NCBI GenBank assembly: GCA_035607055.1
Contig: DATNDC010000214.1
Span: forward strand, 3,911 to 67,910
Length of the DNA: 64,000 nt
Direction: 5' to 3'
From: Polyangia bacterium
Lineage (GTDB): Bacteria; Myxococcota_A; Polyangia; Fen-1088
A model generated the notes under the pieces. It had not been told where the DNA came from. It did no database searches and saw nothing but the letters and a program-made list of their open reading frames with translations. Below are positions 19,785-28,209 of the stretch, piece after piece. Every line of letters starts with the position of its first letter. The first letter of the stretch is position 1. Made by a program: the position numbers and the translations under genes.

Positions 19785-20603
19785 CTACGGCTTGGCGAAC
19801 GTCCGGGTGAATTCTTCGCCCGGCAGACCGAGCTTCGGCAGGCGCGAGAGATCGCCACCCGCCCGAACGTACGCCGCCCGCGCTGCCTTCTCGGCCACCT
19901 CCATCTCGACCGGCTGGTCCGAGAGGACGACGATGATCCGCTCGAGGCCGGCGCCGGTCAGCACGAGGCTCCCGAGGCTCTCGGGGAGAAAGTGCGTCGC
20001 GCTGGGGACACCGGCCGGCACGGTCAGGCTCGACCCGCGCTCGGGATAGAGCGGTGTCACCTCGCCGTGCTCGTCGATCGACAGCGCGAGCAAGTAGCGG
20101 TGACCGCCCGTCTGGTAGCCGAGGCGCAACCGCTCGCCCGCCGCCAGCGGCTCGGGCGCGCCGACCTGGGCCGTCCGCTGCCCGGCCGCGCCGGCGATCC
20201 GCACGACCATCCCGGCGCCCCCTTTGACCCCGTCGTAGTCCGCGGGGCGAACGCGTCCGCCGGGCAGGTCGCCACCCGGCCGGGGTCCCCGTGCGTGGAA
20301 CGTCACCACCAGCGCGACCGCCGCCGCCAGCGCCAGCGTCGGCAGCGCCCAGACGCGCGCCGGCAGGCGCCGGCGCGAGGTCGCCGGCGCGCCGCGCGCC
20401 GCCCGCTCGACGCCCGCCGCGAAACGATCGAACGAGATCGCGCTCTCAAACCGGCGCTGCTCGTCGTCGAGCGCGCGCAGTCGCGCCTTGCACTCGGCGC
20501 AGGTCTCCGTGTGCGTCGCGATGGCCGGCCCTTCGGGCCCCAGCGCCTCGCCGGCGCGGTGACGCCGCAGCTCGAGATCCCCGATGTGTCCTGCTTGGTT
20601 CAT
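19785..20603 (-). CDS. Anti-sigma factor (zf-HC2 zinc-finger type), single-pass membrane protein
   Basis: Start at MNQAGH (ATG 20601-20603). HTETCAECKARL (HxxxCxxC). One TM helix (VWALPTLALAAAVALVVTF). Periplasmic C-domain. The start overlaps the sigma-factor stop (ATGA). The stop lies 1 nt from the caspase gene's start. Confidence 0.75.
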   Translation of the reverse strand: MNQAGHIGDLELRRHRAGEALGPEGPAIATHTETCAECKARLRALDDEQRRFESAISFDRFAAGVERAARGAPATSRRRLPARVWALPTLALAAAVALVVTFHARGPRPGGDLPGGRVRPADYDGVKGGAGMVVRIAGAAGQRTAQVGAPEPLAAGERLRLGYQTGGHRYLLALSIDEHGEVTPLYPERGSSLTVPAGVPSATHFLPESLGSLVLTGAGLERIIVVLSDQPVEMEVAEKAARAAYVRAGGDLSRLPKLGLPGEEFTRTFAKP

Positions 20604-21145
20604 GTCGTCCCTCCCTCGGGGGGCAGCTCGCGCCCGGCGGCCGCCGCCACCGCCGCCAGCCGCTTGCGAACCGTGGGGACCGAGCGCCCGAGCGCCCGAG
20701 CCACCTCGTCGAGCGTCATCTCGTCGACGAAGTAGTGAATGGCCGCCTGCTGCGTCTCCGGATCGAGCTCGGCCAGGAGCTTGCGGGCGGCGTCGCGATC
20801 CTCGAACAGCTGCGGTCCGCCGTGCCCCTCGCCGCGCGCCCGCGCCTCGCGCGCGAACCGCTGGTGCCAGGGGGCGCGCTCGGCGCGCAGCACGTTGAGG
20901 CAGTGGTGGGTCGCGATGCGCGTCAGCCAGGTGAGCGGCGAGGCCTCGTTGCGGAACTCGTTCCAGTGGGTGAGCGCCTTGGCGAACACGTCCTGCATGG
21001 CGTCCTCCGCCTTGGTCGCGTCCCGCAGGATGTACTGGCAACGGCCGTACACGGTCCCTCCGTACTCGGTGTAGAGCTCTCGCAGCGCCGCCCGAGAATC
21101 GGCCGGTTTTCCGCCGCTGACGATCTCCAACACCGGTTGTCTCAT
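20600..21145 (-). CDS. ECF-type RNA polymerase sigma-70 family factor
   Basis: Start at MRQPVLEIV. Region 2: ...YGRCQYILRDATKAEDAMQDVFAKALTHWNEF.... Region 4 HTH: ...MTLDEVARALGRSVPTVRKRL.... About 181 aa. Confidence 0.8.
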   Translation of the reverse strand: MRQPVLEIVSGGKPADSRAALRELYTEYGGTVYGRCQYILRDATKAEDAMQDVFAKALTHWNEFRNEASPLTWLTRIATHHCLNVLRAERAPWHQRFAREARARGEGHGGPQLFEDRDAARKLLAELDPETQQAAIHYFVDEMTLDEVARALGRSVPTVRKRLAAVAAAAGRELPPEGGTT

Positions 21146-21195
21146 GCAGCCCCCAGGACCGGGGGTCCGCCCCCCGGCCCTCGGACGTTGCTCCT

Positions 21196-22239
21196 TTAAG
21201 GCGAGAGCGACACCAGCGCCGCGCTCGGAAACAGGCAGCTCGACTCCGCTCCCCAGTCGACGCTCGGGTCGCCGGGATCGTACGACGCCGCGCTGTAGAC
21301 GGAGAGGAAATTCGAGTCCCAGCACTCGTTCGAGGTGTCGACCGCCGTGCCGACGTCGCCGCCCGTCAGCTGGACGTCGGTGCGGCCCGAACCGTTCGCC
21401 ATCCAGCGGCTGTGCAAGGACAGCGTCTCGTTGGCGCTGGTGGTGGCGACGAAGTTCTCCGTGGCGCCGTACTGCAGGTCGCCGCCCGCGCCCGGGGTCT
21501 GCGCGTAGGCGTAAAGCGCGTCGAAGATCTGCCCGTGCGTGCTGCAGGTCGAGGGATCGCAGTTGTCGTAGATGTTGGTGAAGGTGACGTTGTTGGTCAC
21601 CGTCGCGGTCGGACTGGTGCGCGCGTAAGTGAACGCCATCTGGCCGACGTTCTGATCGTGCTGCGGGAGCGTATCGGCCGCGTCCCAGTCGATCACGAAG
21701 TTGCCGCTACCGAACCCGGGCGCCGGCTGCCCCGCGGCGTCGACCGCGCGCGTGTGCACGCCGGAGAGAATCGTCACGAACGCGCTGTCGTCGGCCGTCT
21801 TCCCCTTCCCGTCGAGCTTCCAGGCGAAGACGTGGGCCGCTTGCCGCGTGACGGTCAGCCGGTAGGTGTTCGTGCTGAGCGCGTCGGTTCCCGGGCCCCA
21901 GACGGCCGTCTCCCCCTCGACGCTGGTGGGGGGAAAGTTGGTGATCCCCTTGACCAGATCGAGCACCGCGCCGGTGGCGGTGTTCACCACCGCGGCCAGC
22001 GTCGCCGTGAGGACGTAGTCCTTGGCGACGTCGCCCATCAAGGCGCTGCGCCGGACAGTGACGTTGCCCGTCGTGACCGCGGCCGTCGAGGCGCCGGAGA
22101 CCGGGACGACCACGGCGACGGTGTCCTTGGTCGGCACGCTGTCGTCGAAGTCGCCGTCCATCTTCCCGCAGCCCTCGACCGCGATCGCCGCGGTCAATAT
22201 CCCAACCACGTTCACGATTCCCCGCTTCGATCCTCTCAT
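21196..22239 (-). CDS. Lipoprotein (paralog B of 17272..18201)
   Basis: MRGSKRGIVNVVGILTAAIAVEGCG (lipobox). Conserved blocks are shared with paralog A, including the C-terminal CWD..F...GDPS...C. Confidence 0.65.
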   Translation of the reverse strand: MRGSKRGIVNVVGILTAAIAVEGCGKMDGDFDDSVPTKDTVAVVVPVSGASTAAVTTGNVTVRRSALMGDVAKDYVLTATLAAVVNTATGAVLDLVKGITNFPPTSVEGETAVWGPGTDALSTNTYRLTVTRQAAHVFAWKLDGKGKTADDSAFVTILSGVHTRAVDAAGQPAPGFGSGNFVIDWDAADTLPQHDQNVGQMAFTYARTSPTATVTNNVTFTNIYDNCDPSTCSTHGQIFDALYAYAQTPGAGGDLQYGATENFVATTSANETLSLHSRWMANGSGRTDVQLTGGDVGTAVDTSNECWDSNFLSVYSAASYDPGDPSVDWGAESSCLFPSAALVSLSP

Positions 22240-22321
22240 CGTGTCTCTCCCTTTCGTCAGTCCGGCGTGTCAGCTCAATCGACACCGCTCGGGCGAAAAG
22301 GAGAAACCGCGTCGGGACGCG

Positions 22322-24034
22322 TCAGGGGTTTTCGGGGGCGGGGGCCGCAGGGGCTGGAGAGTCTGCGGTTTTCGCCGGGGGCGCGGGCGCCGGCAGGAGA
22401 GACGGATCGGGCGCCATCTTGAGCCCGGAGAGATCGCGGCTCACGAAGTCGTGGCCATGCTCGCCGCCGGCCCGCCGGCGCGCGGGCTCGTGCGCGGCTT
22501 CGTGCGCGGCCGTCGGCTCGTGACGCGCGGGCGCCGGCGCTTCGGCCTCGGCGGGGCGCGGGGACGCGGTGGTGTCCGGCGCGGCAGGCTTGGCCACGGC
22601 TGCGGTGCCGGCGGCCGCGGGAGCCTGGGTCTGATCGGACGCAGCGGCTGGGGCCGCGGGCGCGGGCGCCGCGGGCTGGTTCCCGCTGATGCTGGCCCAG
22701 ATCGTCCGCGCGTACTTGCCGCCGAACCAGGCGCCCGCCACCAGCAGGGCGCCGATGAACAGGATCGAGAGGCCGCTCCCGCGCCGCGCCCGGCGCCGCC
22801 CGGGACGCCCCCCCTCTTCTTCCGGGATCGGCAGCGCCATCTCCTGGCCGCCCGAGAGGTCGGCCATCACCTCGTGGTCTTGGGGCACCGGGAGATCGGG
22901 CGTCGTCGGGCGCGAGCGGGTCATCCGGGGCCGCGACACGCTGCCGCCACCTCCCTTGTTGACCACCGCCAGCGAGGTCGCCTCCTCGCCGTTGACCTCC
23001 TCCTCCTCGGTGTCGAGCAGGACGACGTCCTCCTCTTCCAGCTCGCCCGTGCCGGTCTTGTGCGTGGCGGTCGAGCGCGCCGGCGACTGGCTGATCGGCG
23101 GCACGCCGTCCTTGGCGTGAAGCTCGGCCAGCCAGCGCTTGAGCTCGGTCTGGCCGACCGGGCGGAACGCGCTGCGCAGCACCCGCTCGACGTCGGAGAG
23201 CATCTCGTCGGCGCTCTGGTAACGCTCGTCCGGCTCCTTGCGCATGGCGCGCGCGACCACGCCCGCCACCTCGGGCGGCAGATCGGGCGCCGCCTCTTGG
23301 GCCGCCCGGAAGTCCCCCTTCTGCACCCGCAGCAGCGTCTCGAGATCGCTCGGTCCCTCGAACGGGCGCGCGCGGGTCACCAGCAGGTAGAGGACGGTTC
23401 CGAGCGCGAACAGATCCGACCGCTGATCGATCGGCTTGCCCATCGCCTGCTCGGGCGACATGAAGGCGACCTTCCCCTTCACCACCCCCGTGCCGGTGTG
23501 CTCGCGCTTGTTCATCGCCTTGGCGATGCCGAAGTCGGTCAACTTCACCTCGCCCTGCTCCGAGAGCAGGACGTTGTGCGGGCTGACGTCGCGGTGGACG
23601 ATCCCCAGCGGCTTTTCGCCGTCGGTCTTGGAGTGCGCGTAGGAGAGCGCGCGGCAGACCTCGGCGGTGATGTGGAGCGACAGCTCGCGCGGCAGGCGCA
23701 CGCCGGCCGCCGCCGTCCGGTGCAGCACGCGCCCCAGATCCCAGCCGTCGACCAGCTCGAGCACCAGGAAGTAGCGGCCGGCGGAGAAGCCGAGATCGAG
23801 CACCTGGGCGATGTTGCTGTGCGAGAGGCTCATCGAGATGTGCGCCTCGTCGACGAACATGTTTCGGAACTGGGGGTCCGCGTAGATCGTGCTGTGGATC
23901 CGCTTCAGGATGACCGGCTTGGCGAACCCCTCACGTCCGAGCTGGGTGGCGAGAAAGATCTCCGCCATCCCGCCGTCCGCGACGCGTCTGATGATCTTGT
24001 ACCGACCGTGCTGCGCCATCCCCGGGCCCAACAA
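22322..24034 (-). CDS. Hanks-type Ser/Thr protein kinase with Pro/Ala-rich C-terminal region and TM helix
   Basis: GGMAEIF...VILKRI (ATP site), HRDVSPHNVLL (catalytic loop), DFGIAKA, SPEQ (activation segment). C-terminal TM LSILFIGALLVAGAWF followed by a low-complexity tail. Confidence 0.85.
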   Translation of the reverse strand: MLGPGMAQHGRYKIIRRVADGGMAEIFLATQLGREGFAKPVILKRIHSTIYADPQFRNMFVDEAHISMSLSHSNIAQVLDLGFSAGRYFLVLELVDGWDLGRVLHRTAAAGVRLPRELSLHITAEVCRALSYAHSKTDGEKPLGIVHRDVSPHNVLLSEQGEVKLTDFGIAKAMNKREHTGTGVVKGKVAFMSPEQAMGKPIDQRSDLFALGTVLYLLVTRARPFEGPSDLETLLRVQKGDFRAAQEAAPDLPPEVAGVVARAMRKEPDERYQSADEMLSDVERVLRSAFRPVGQTELKRWLAELHAKDGVPPISQSPARSTATHKTGTGELEEEDVVLLDTEEEEVNGEEATSLAVVNKGGGGSVSRPRMTRSRPTTPDLPVPQDHEVMADLSGGQEMALPIPEEEGGRPGRRRARRGSGLSILFIGALLVAGAWFGGKYARTIWASISGNQPAAPAPAAPAAASDQTQAPAAAGTAAVAKPAAPDTTASPRPAEAEAPAPARHEPTAAHEAAHEPARRRAGGEHGHDFVSRDLSGLKMAPDPSLLPAPAPPAKTADSPAPAAPAPENP

Positions 24035-24110
24035 CTTACCACTCTCGCGGCCCGCTGTCCGCCGGTGCGGCCCCTGACGAGCCCCCCCTCAGGAATCGAC
24101 CTGGCTGTGA

Positions 24111-24563
24111 TCAGTGTCCCGCGACGGCGTTGCGGACCTCTTCGATTGAGCTCCCCCGCGCGTCGGGGTGATCGCTGAGGTAGAGGTCGATCAGCTTGGC
24201 GAGCTGCTTGCCTTGCGCGGCCGACAGTCTGTGGCTGGCCGCTTTCTTGGGGGACGGCGCCTGGTCTCTGGCGGAGCTGTCGTCTTCGCCTTGTCCCTGG
24301 CCGCCGGCTTTTCGGTGCTGGGAGGCCTCCGCCTTCTTGGTCTCGGCCTCGATCTCCTTCTGCAGCTCCTTGTTGCGCGCCTCGTCGCACCCCTTCGGCT
24401 CGCAGTCCCCGGGACAGCCGCACTTCGCCTTTTTGTCACAGAAACAGGTGCCGGCGCCGTCCTTGTAACAGCCGCACTTGTTCCTGTCCGCCGCAGCCGC
24501 CCGGTCGCTCCCCGCGAGCGAGACGAACAACACCAACCCGAGCATGACGCCGAAGAGTTTCAT
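24111..24563 (-). CDS. Small secreted Cys-rich protein (metallothionein-like N-domain, Lys/Glu-rich C-domain)
   Basis: Start at MKLFGVMLGLVLFVSLAGS (signal peptide). NKCGCYKDGAGTCFCDKKAKCGCPGDCEPKGCDE holds 10 Cys in 32 residues, with CxC pairs. This is followed by a charged helical tail. The longer ORF start (24734) adds only an Arg/Pro-rich leader. Confidence 0.5.
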   Translation of the reverse strand: MKLFGVMLGLVLFVSLAGSDRAAAADRNKCGCYKDGAGTCFCDKKAKCGCPGDCEPKGCDEARNKELQKEIEAETKKAEASQHRKAGGQGQGEDDSSARDQAPSPKKAASHRLSAAQGKQLAKLIDLYLSDHPDARGSSIEEVRNAVAGH

Positions 24564-24708
24564 GCCGCGCCTCCTCGGCATCATTGGAGCGCGATGCGAC
24601 GGGCGGGTCAAGCGATTGGGAGCCGCCGCCCCTCGGGTGGTGGGCCGCCGCCCCTCGGGTGGTGGGGCGGACGCGACTCGCGTAGGATGCCGTTTCCGGA
24701 GCCTGAAA

Positions 24709-26289
24709 ATGGACGTTGAACTCTTCGACAGCACGCTGCGCGACGGAACTCAGAGCGAGGGCCTCTCCCTCTCCGTGGAGGACAAGCTCAAGATTGCGCG
24801 CCTCCTCGACGGCTTCGGCATTCACTACATCGAGGGGGGCTACCCGGGGTCGAACCCCAAGGACGTCGAGTTCTTCCAGCGCGCCAAGGCGGTCAGCTTC
24901 CGCCATGCCAAGCTGACCGCCTTCGGGATGACCCGCAAGCCGGGCGGCCGTGCCGAAGGCGACCCTATCCTGCGCGCCATGGTCGAGGCCGAGACGCCGG
25001 CCGTCGCGGTGGTCGGCAAGACCTGGACGCTGCACGTCACCAAGATCGTCGGGACGACGCTGGAAGAGAACCTGGCCATGGTCACCGACAGCATCGCCTT
25101 CCTCAAGCAGCAGGGGCGCGAGGTGGTGTTCGACGCCGAGCACTTCTTCGACGGGTTCCGCGCCGACCGCGACTACACGCTGGCGGTGGTGAAGGCGGCC
25201 GCGGCCGCCGGCGCCGACTGGATCGCCATGTGCGACACCAACGGCGGCAGCCTGCCCAGCACCGTCGCCGAGGTGGTCGGGATCGTCAAGAAGGCGGTGC
25301 CGACGCCGCTCGGCATCCACCCGCACAACGACAGCGACGTGGCGGTGGCCAACGCCTTCGCCGCCGTCGAGGCCGGCTGCACGCAGGTGCAGGGGACGAT
25401 GAACGGCTGGGGCGAGCGGTGCGGGAACGCCAACCTCATCTCCATCATCCCCGGCCTGCAGCTGAAGATGGGCCGGCGCTGCGTTCCCGAAGAGAACCTG
25501 GGGCGCCTGGCCGATCTGTCGCGCGCGGTCAGCGAGATCGCCAACATCCGCCCGCGCGCGCACGCGCCCTACGTCGGCCACTCGGCGTTCGCCCACAAAG
25601 GCGGGATGCACGTCGCCGCGGTGGAGAAGGTCCCCGCCAGCTACGAGCACATCCCCCCCGAGCGCGTGGGCAACCGCCGCCACATCGTCGTCTCCGAGCT
25701 CGCGGGGCGGGGCAACGTCCGCATGCGCGCCGGCGAGCTGGGCGTCGACCTGCAGGGGAACGAGCGGCGGCTGCTCGAGCACATCAAAGAGCTCGAGAGT
25801 CAGGGGTACCAGTTCGAGGCGGCCGAGGGGTCGTTCGAGCTGCTCGGCCGCCGCAGTCAGCCCGGCTACCTGCCGCCGTTCGAGATCCTGGACGTGGTGG
25901 TCATCTCCGAGCGCCGCCGCGGCAACTCGATGTTCGCCGAGGCCACGGTGAAGCTGAAGATCGGCACCGACGTCATCCACGAGGTCGCCGAGGGGACGGG
26001 CCCGGTGCACGCGCTGGACGGCGCGTTTCACAAGGCGCTGAACCCGCACTTCCCGCTGGTGCGCGACGTGCGGCTCGCCGACTACAAGGTTCGCATCCTC
26101 GATCCCGACGCGGCCACCGGCGCCAAGACGCGCGTCCTCATCGAGGCGGCGCGGGGCGAGGAGCGCTGGAGCACCATCGGCGTCTCGCAGAACATCATCG
26201 AGGCGAGCGCCACCGCGCTGGCCGACGCGCTCGAGCTCCCGCTGGCGCGCCTGCGCGCGGGGCGCGTCGCCGAGAGCGCCGCCGGCTAG
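24709..26289 (+). CDS. cimA: (R)-citramalate synthase / LeuA-family 2-isopropylmalate-synthase-like enzyme
   Basis: Start at MDVELFDSTLRDGTQSEGLSLSVEDKLKIARLLDGFGIHYIEGGYPGSNPKDVEFF. This is a DRE-TIM metallolyase with the CimA-type GGYPGSNP motif. 526 aa. A C-terminal LeuA-dimer-like domain is present. Confidence 0.75.
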   Translation: MDVELFDSTLRDGTQSEGLSLSVEDKLKIARLLDGFGIHYIEGGYPGSNPKDVEFFQRAKAVSFRHAKLTAFGMTRKPGGRAEGDPILRAMVEAETPAVAVVGKTWTLHVTKIVGTTLEENLAMVTDSIAFLKQQGREVVFDAEHFFDGFRADRDYTLAVVKAAAAAGADWIAMCDTNGGSLPSTVAEVVGIVKKAVPTPLGIHPHNDSDVAVANAFAAVEAGCTQVQGTMNGWGERCGNANLISIIPGLQLKMGRRCVPEENLGRLADLSRAVSEIANIRPRAHAPYVGHSAFAHKGGMHVAAVEKVPASYEHIPPERVGNRRHIVVSELAGRGNVRMRAGELGVDLQGNERRLLEHIKELESQGYQFEAAEGSFELLGRRSQPGYLPPFEILDVVVISERRRGNSMFAEATVKLKIGTDVIHEVAEGTGPVHALDGAFHKALNPHFPLVRDVRLADYKVRILDPDAATGAKTRVLIEAARGEERWSTIGVSQNIIEASATALADALELPLARLRAGRVAESAAG

Positions 26290-26311
26290 ACGACGACCGC
26301 CGCCAACCCGC

Positions 26312-27211
26312 ATGACCACCCGACCCTCCCGCCTTCGCGCCACCTTCAAGGTCATCCGGCTTCACCAGTGGACGAAGAACGCGCTCGCCGTCGTGCCGGT
26401 GCTGCTGGCGCCGCACGGCCTCTCGACGGGCGGGCTCTGGCACGCGGCGCTGGCGGCGCTCTCGCTCAGCCTGTGCGCCTCGGCCGGATATGTCCTCAAC
26501 GACGTCGTCGACGTCGAGGCGGACCGGGCCCACCCGACCAAGAAGCGCCGCCCCTTCGCTTCGGGCGCGCTCCCCCTCCGTTTCGGCCCGCCGCTGGTGC
26601 TCCTCTTGCTCGGGCTCAGCGTCGGCCTCTCGCTGTGGGCGCTTCCGCGGTCGTTCCTCTGGATGCTGGGGCTCTACTTCGCCATCACGCTCGCCTACTC
26701 GTTCTATTTGAAGAGCAAGGTCCTCATCGACGTCATCGTCCTCGCCTGGCTCTACACCCAGCGGGTGCTGGCCGGCGGCTTCGCGACCGACGTCTCCATC
26801 AGCGCCTGGCTGCTCGCGTTCTCGATGTTCATCTTCCTCAGCCTGGCCTTCGCCAAGCGGCACGTCGAGCTCCGCCGGGCCGTGGGCGAGGACGGCAAGC
26901 TGCGCAGCCGCGGCTACGCCGCCCAGGACCTGACCATGGTCGCCTCGATGGGGACCACCGCGGGGTACCTGGCGGTCCTGGTGTTCTGCCTTTATATCGA
27001 GAGCGCCGGAACCGCGATCTATTCGGAGCCGCGCATCCTCTGGCTCGTCTGCCCCGTCCTCCTCTACTGGATCAGCCGCGTCTGGTTCCTCACCCACCGC
27101 GGCGAGATGGACGACGACCCGGTGAAGTTCGCCATCACCGATCGCTGGAGCTGGCTCTGCGCGGTCGCCATCGGCGGCGTGGCGGCCGCTGCCCGTTTCT
27201 GGCCTGTCTAA
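26312..27211 (+). CDS. UbiA-family prenyltransferase (decaprenyl-phosphate phosphoribosyltransferase-like)
   Basis: ORF of 299 aa and polytopic. The Asp-rich motif NDVVDVEADRAHPTKKRRP is present. It lies 22 nt downstream of the cimA-like gene. Confidence 0.8.
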   Translation: MTTRPSRLRATFKVIRLHQWTKNALAVVPVLLAPHGLSTGGLWHAALAALSLSLCASAGYVLNDVVDVEADRAHPTKKRRPFASGALPLRFGPPLVLLLLGLSVGLSLWALPRSFLWMLGLYFAITLAYSFYLKSKVLIDVIVLAWLYTQRVLAGGFATDVSISAWLLAFSMFIFLSLAFAKRHVELRRAVGEDGKLRSRGYAAQDLTMVASMGTTAGYLAVLVFCLYIESAGTAIYSEPRILWLVCPVLLYWISRVWFLTHRGEMDDDPVKFAITDRWSWLCAVAIGGVAAAARFWPV

Positions 27212-27219
27212 CCCTGTCT

Positions 27220-27978
27220 CTAGCCCGGTTCGTAGCGAAGCAGGACATTCCCCATCCGGATGAGGTCACCCGCGGCGAGCAGGTGGTCTCCCGTCAGACG
27301 GAGAAATGTTCCGTTCGAGCTGCCCAGGTCCTCGATCTTCCCGCTCGTCCCCTGGCGCGAGAGCTGGGCGTGCCGGCGCGACATGAACGCGTCGTCGGAG
27401 AAGACGACGTCACACTGCTCGCGCCCGAGCACCACCTGATCGTGGCTGAAGTTGAACACGTCGTGCGAGATGCCGGTGGGGCCGATCTGCCGGAGGCGGG
27501 CCCAGGCCGGGCGGCAGTTCGTCCCGAAGGTGACGACGTTGTGCTGGACCGCCGCCTGCAGGCCCTGCTCGAAGGCGGGGACGATCTCGAACTTCAGGAT
27601 CTGCTTTCCAACGAGCAGCGTGTCCCCGTCCTCGAGCTCGGTCGCGCCGCGCAGCCGGACGTAGACGCCGTTGCGACTCTCGAGGGCGGTCAGCACCTGG
27701 CCGCGGCCGTCGGTGACGATCCGCGCGTGACGGGGCGAGAGGTGGACGTCCTCGAACAGGAGGTTCCCCTCCGTCCGCCCGATGTCGATCTGATCGCCCC
27801 GCAGCTGATGGCTGGTCCCGTCGGTCCCGTCGGGATGGACGAAGATCAGCCGAAATCCCAGGGACGCGAGCAGGCTCGGCACCGGACGGCTCGGCGCGGC
27901 CGCCACGAAGCGCGTCCCGCAGGCGAGACAGAAGAGCGCCTCGTCCGGATTCTGAGTGCCGCAGCGGCCACACCGCAT
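27220..27978 (-). CDS. Zinc-ribbon plus tandem FHA-domain protein
   Basis: MRCGRCGTQNPDEALFCLACG (CxxC...CxxC ribbon). Two FHA-like cores follow: ...IDIGRTEGNLLFEDVHLSPRHARIV... and ...VVLGREQCDVVFSDDAFMSRRHAQLS...SSNGTFL. Confidence 0.7.
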   Translation of the reverse strand: MRCGRCGTQNPDEALFCLACGTRFVAAAPSRPVPSLLASLGFRLIFVHPDGTDGTSHQLRGDQIDIGRTEGNLLFEDVHLSPRHARIVTDGRGQVLTALESRNGVYVRLRGATELEDGDTLLVGKQILKFEIVPAFEQGLQAAVQHNVVTFGTNCRPAWARLRQIGPTGISHDVFNFSHDQVVLGREQCDVVFSDDAFMSRRHAQLSRQGTSGKIEDLGSSNGTFLRLTGDHLLAAGDLIRMGNVLLRYEPG

Positions 27979-28209
27979 CGCCCGCCGGTCTATACCCGGC
28001 CGGAAACTATCTGGTCAATGAGGGCATTCAGGTCGGCTGAGGGCGGGCGGGCCGACATCCCACCACACCCGACCGTTCGTCTCCACGCGGGACACCTTTG
28101 GATCCGATGGTCCTCAGAATAATCCTGGAAGTACGACCATCGCGCTGGCGCTGTTCGAGAGGGTCGATCGCTTGCGGGTCGAGCGTGACGACCACAGCAT
28201 GCAGAGGCG

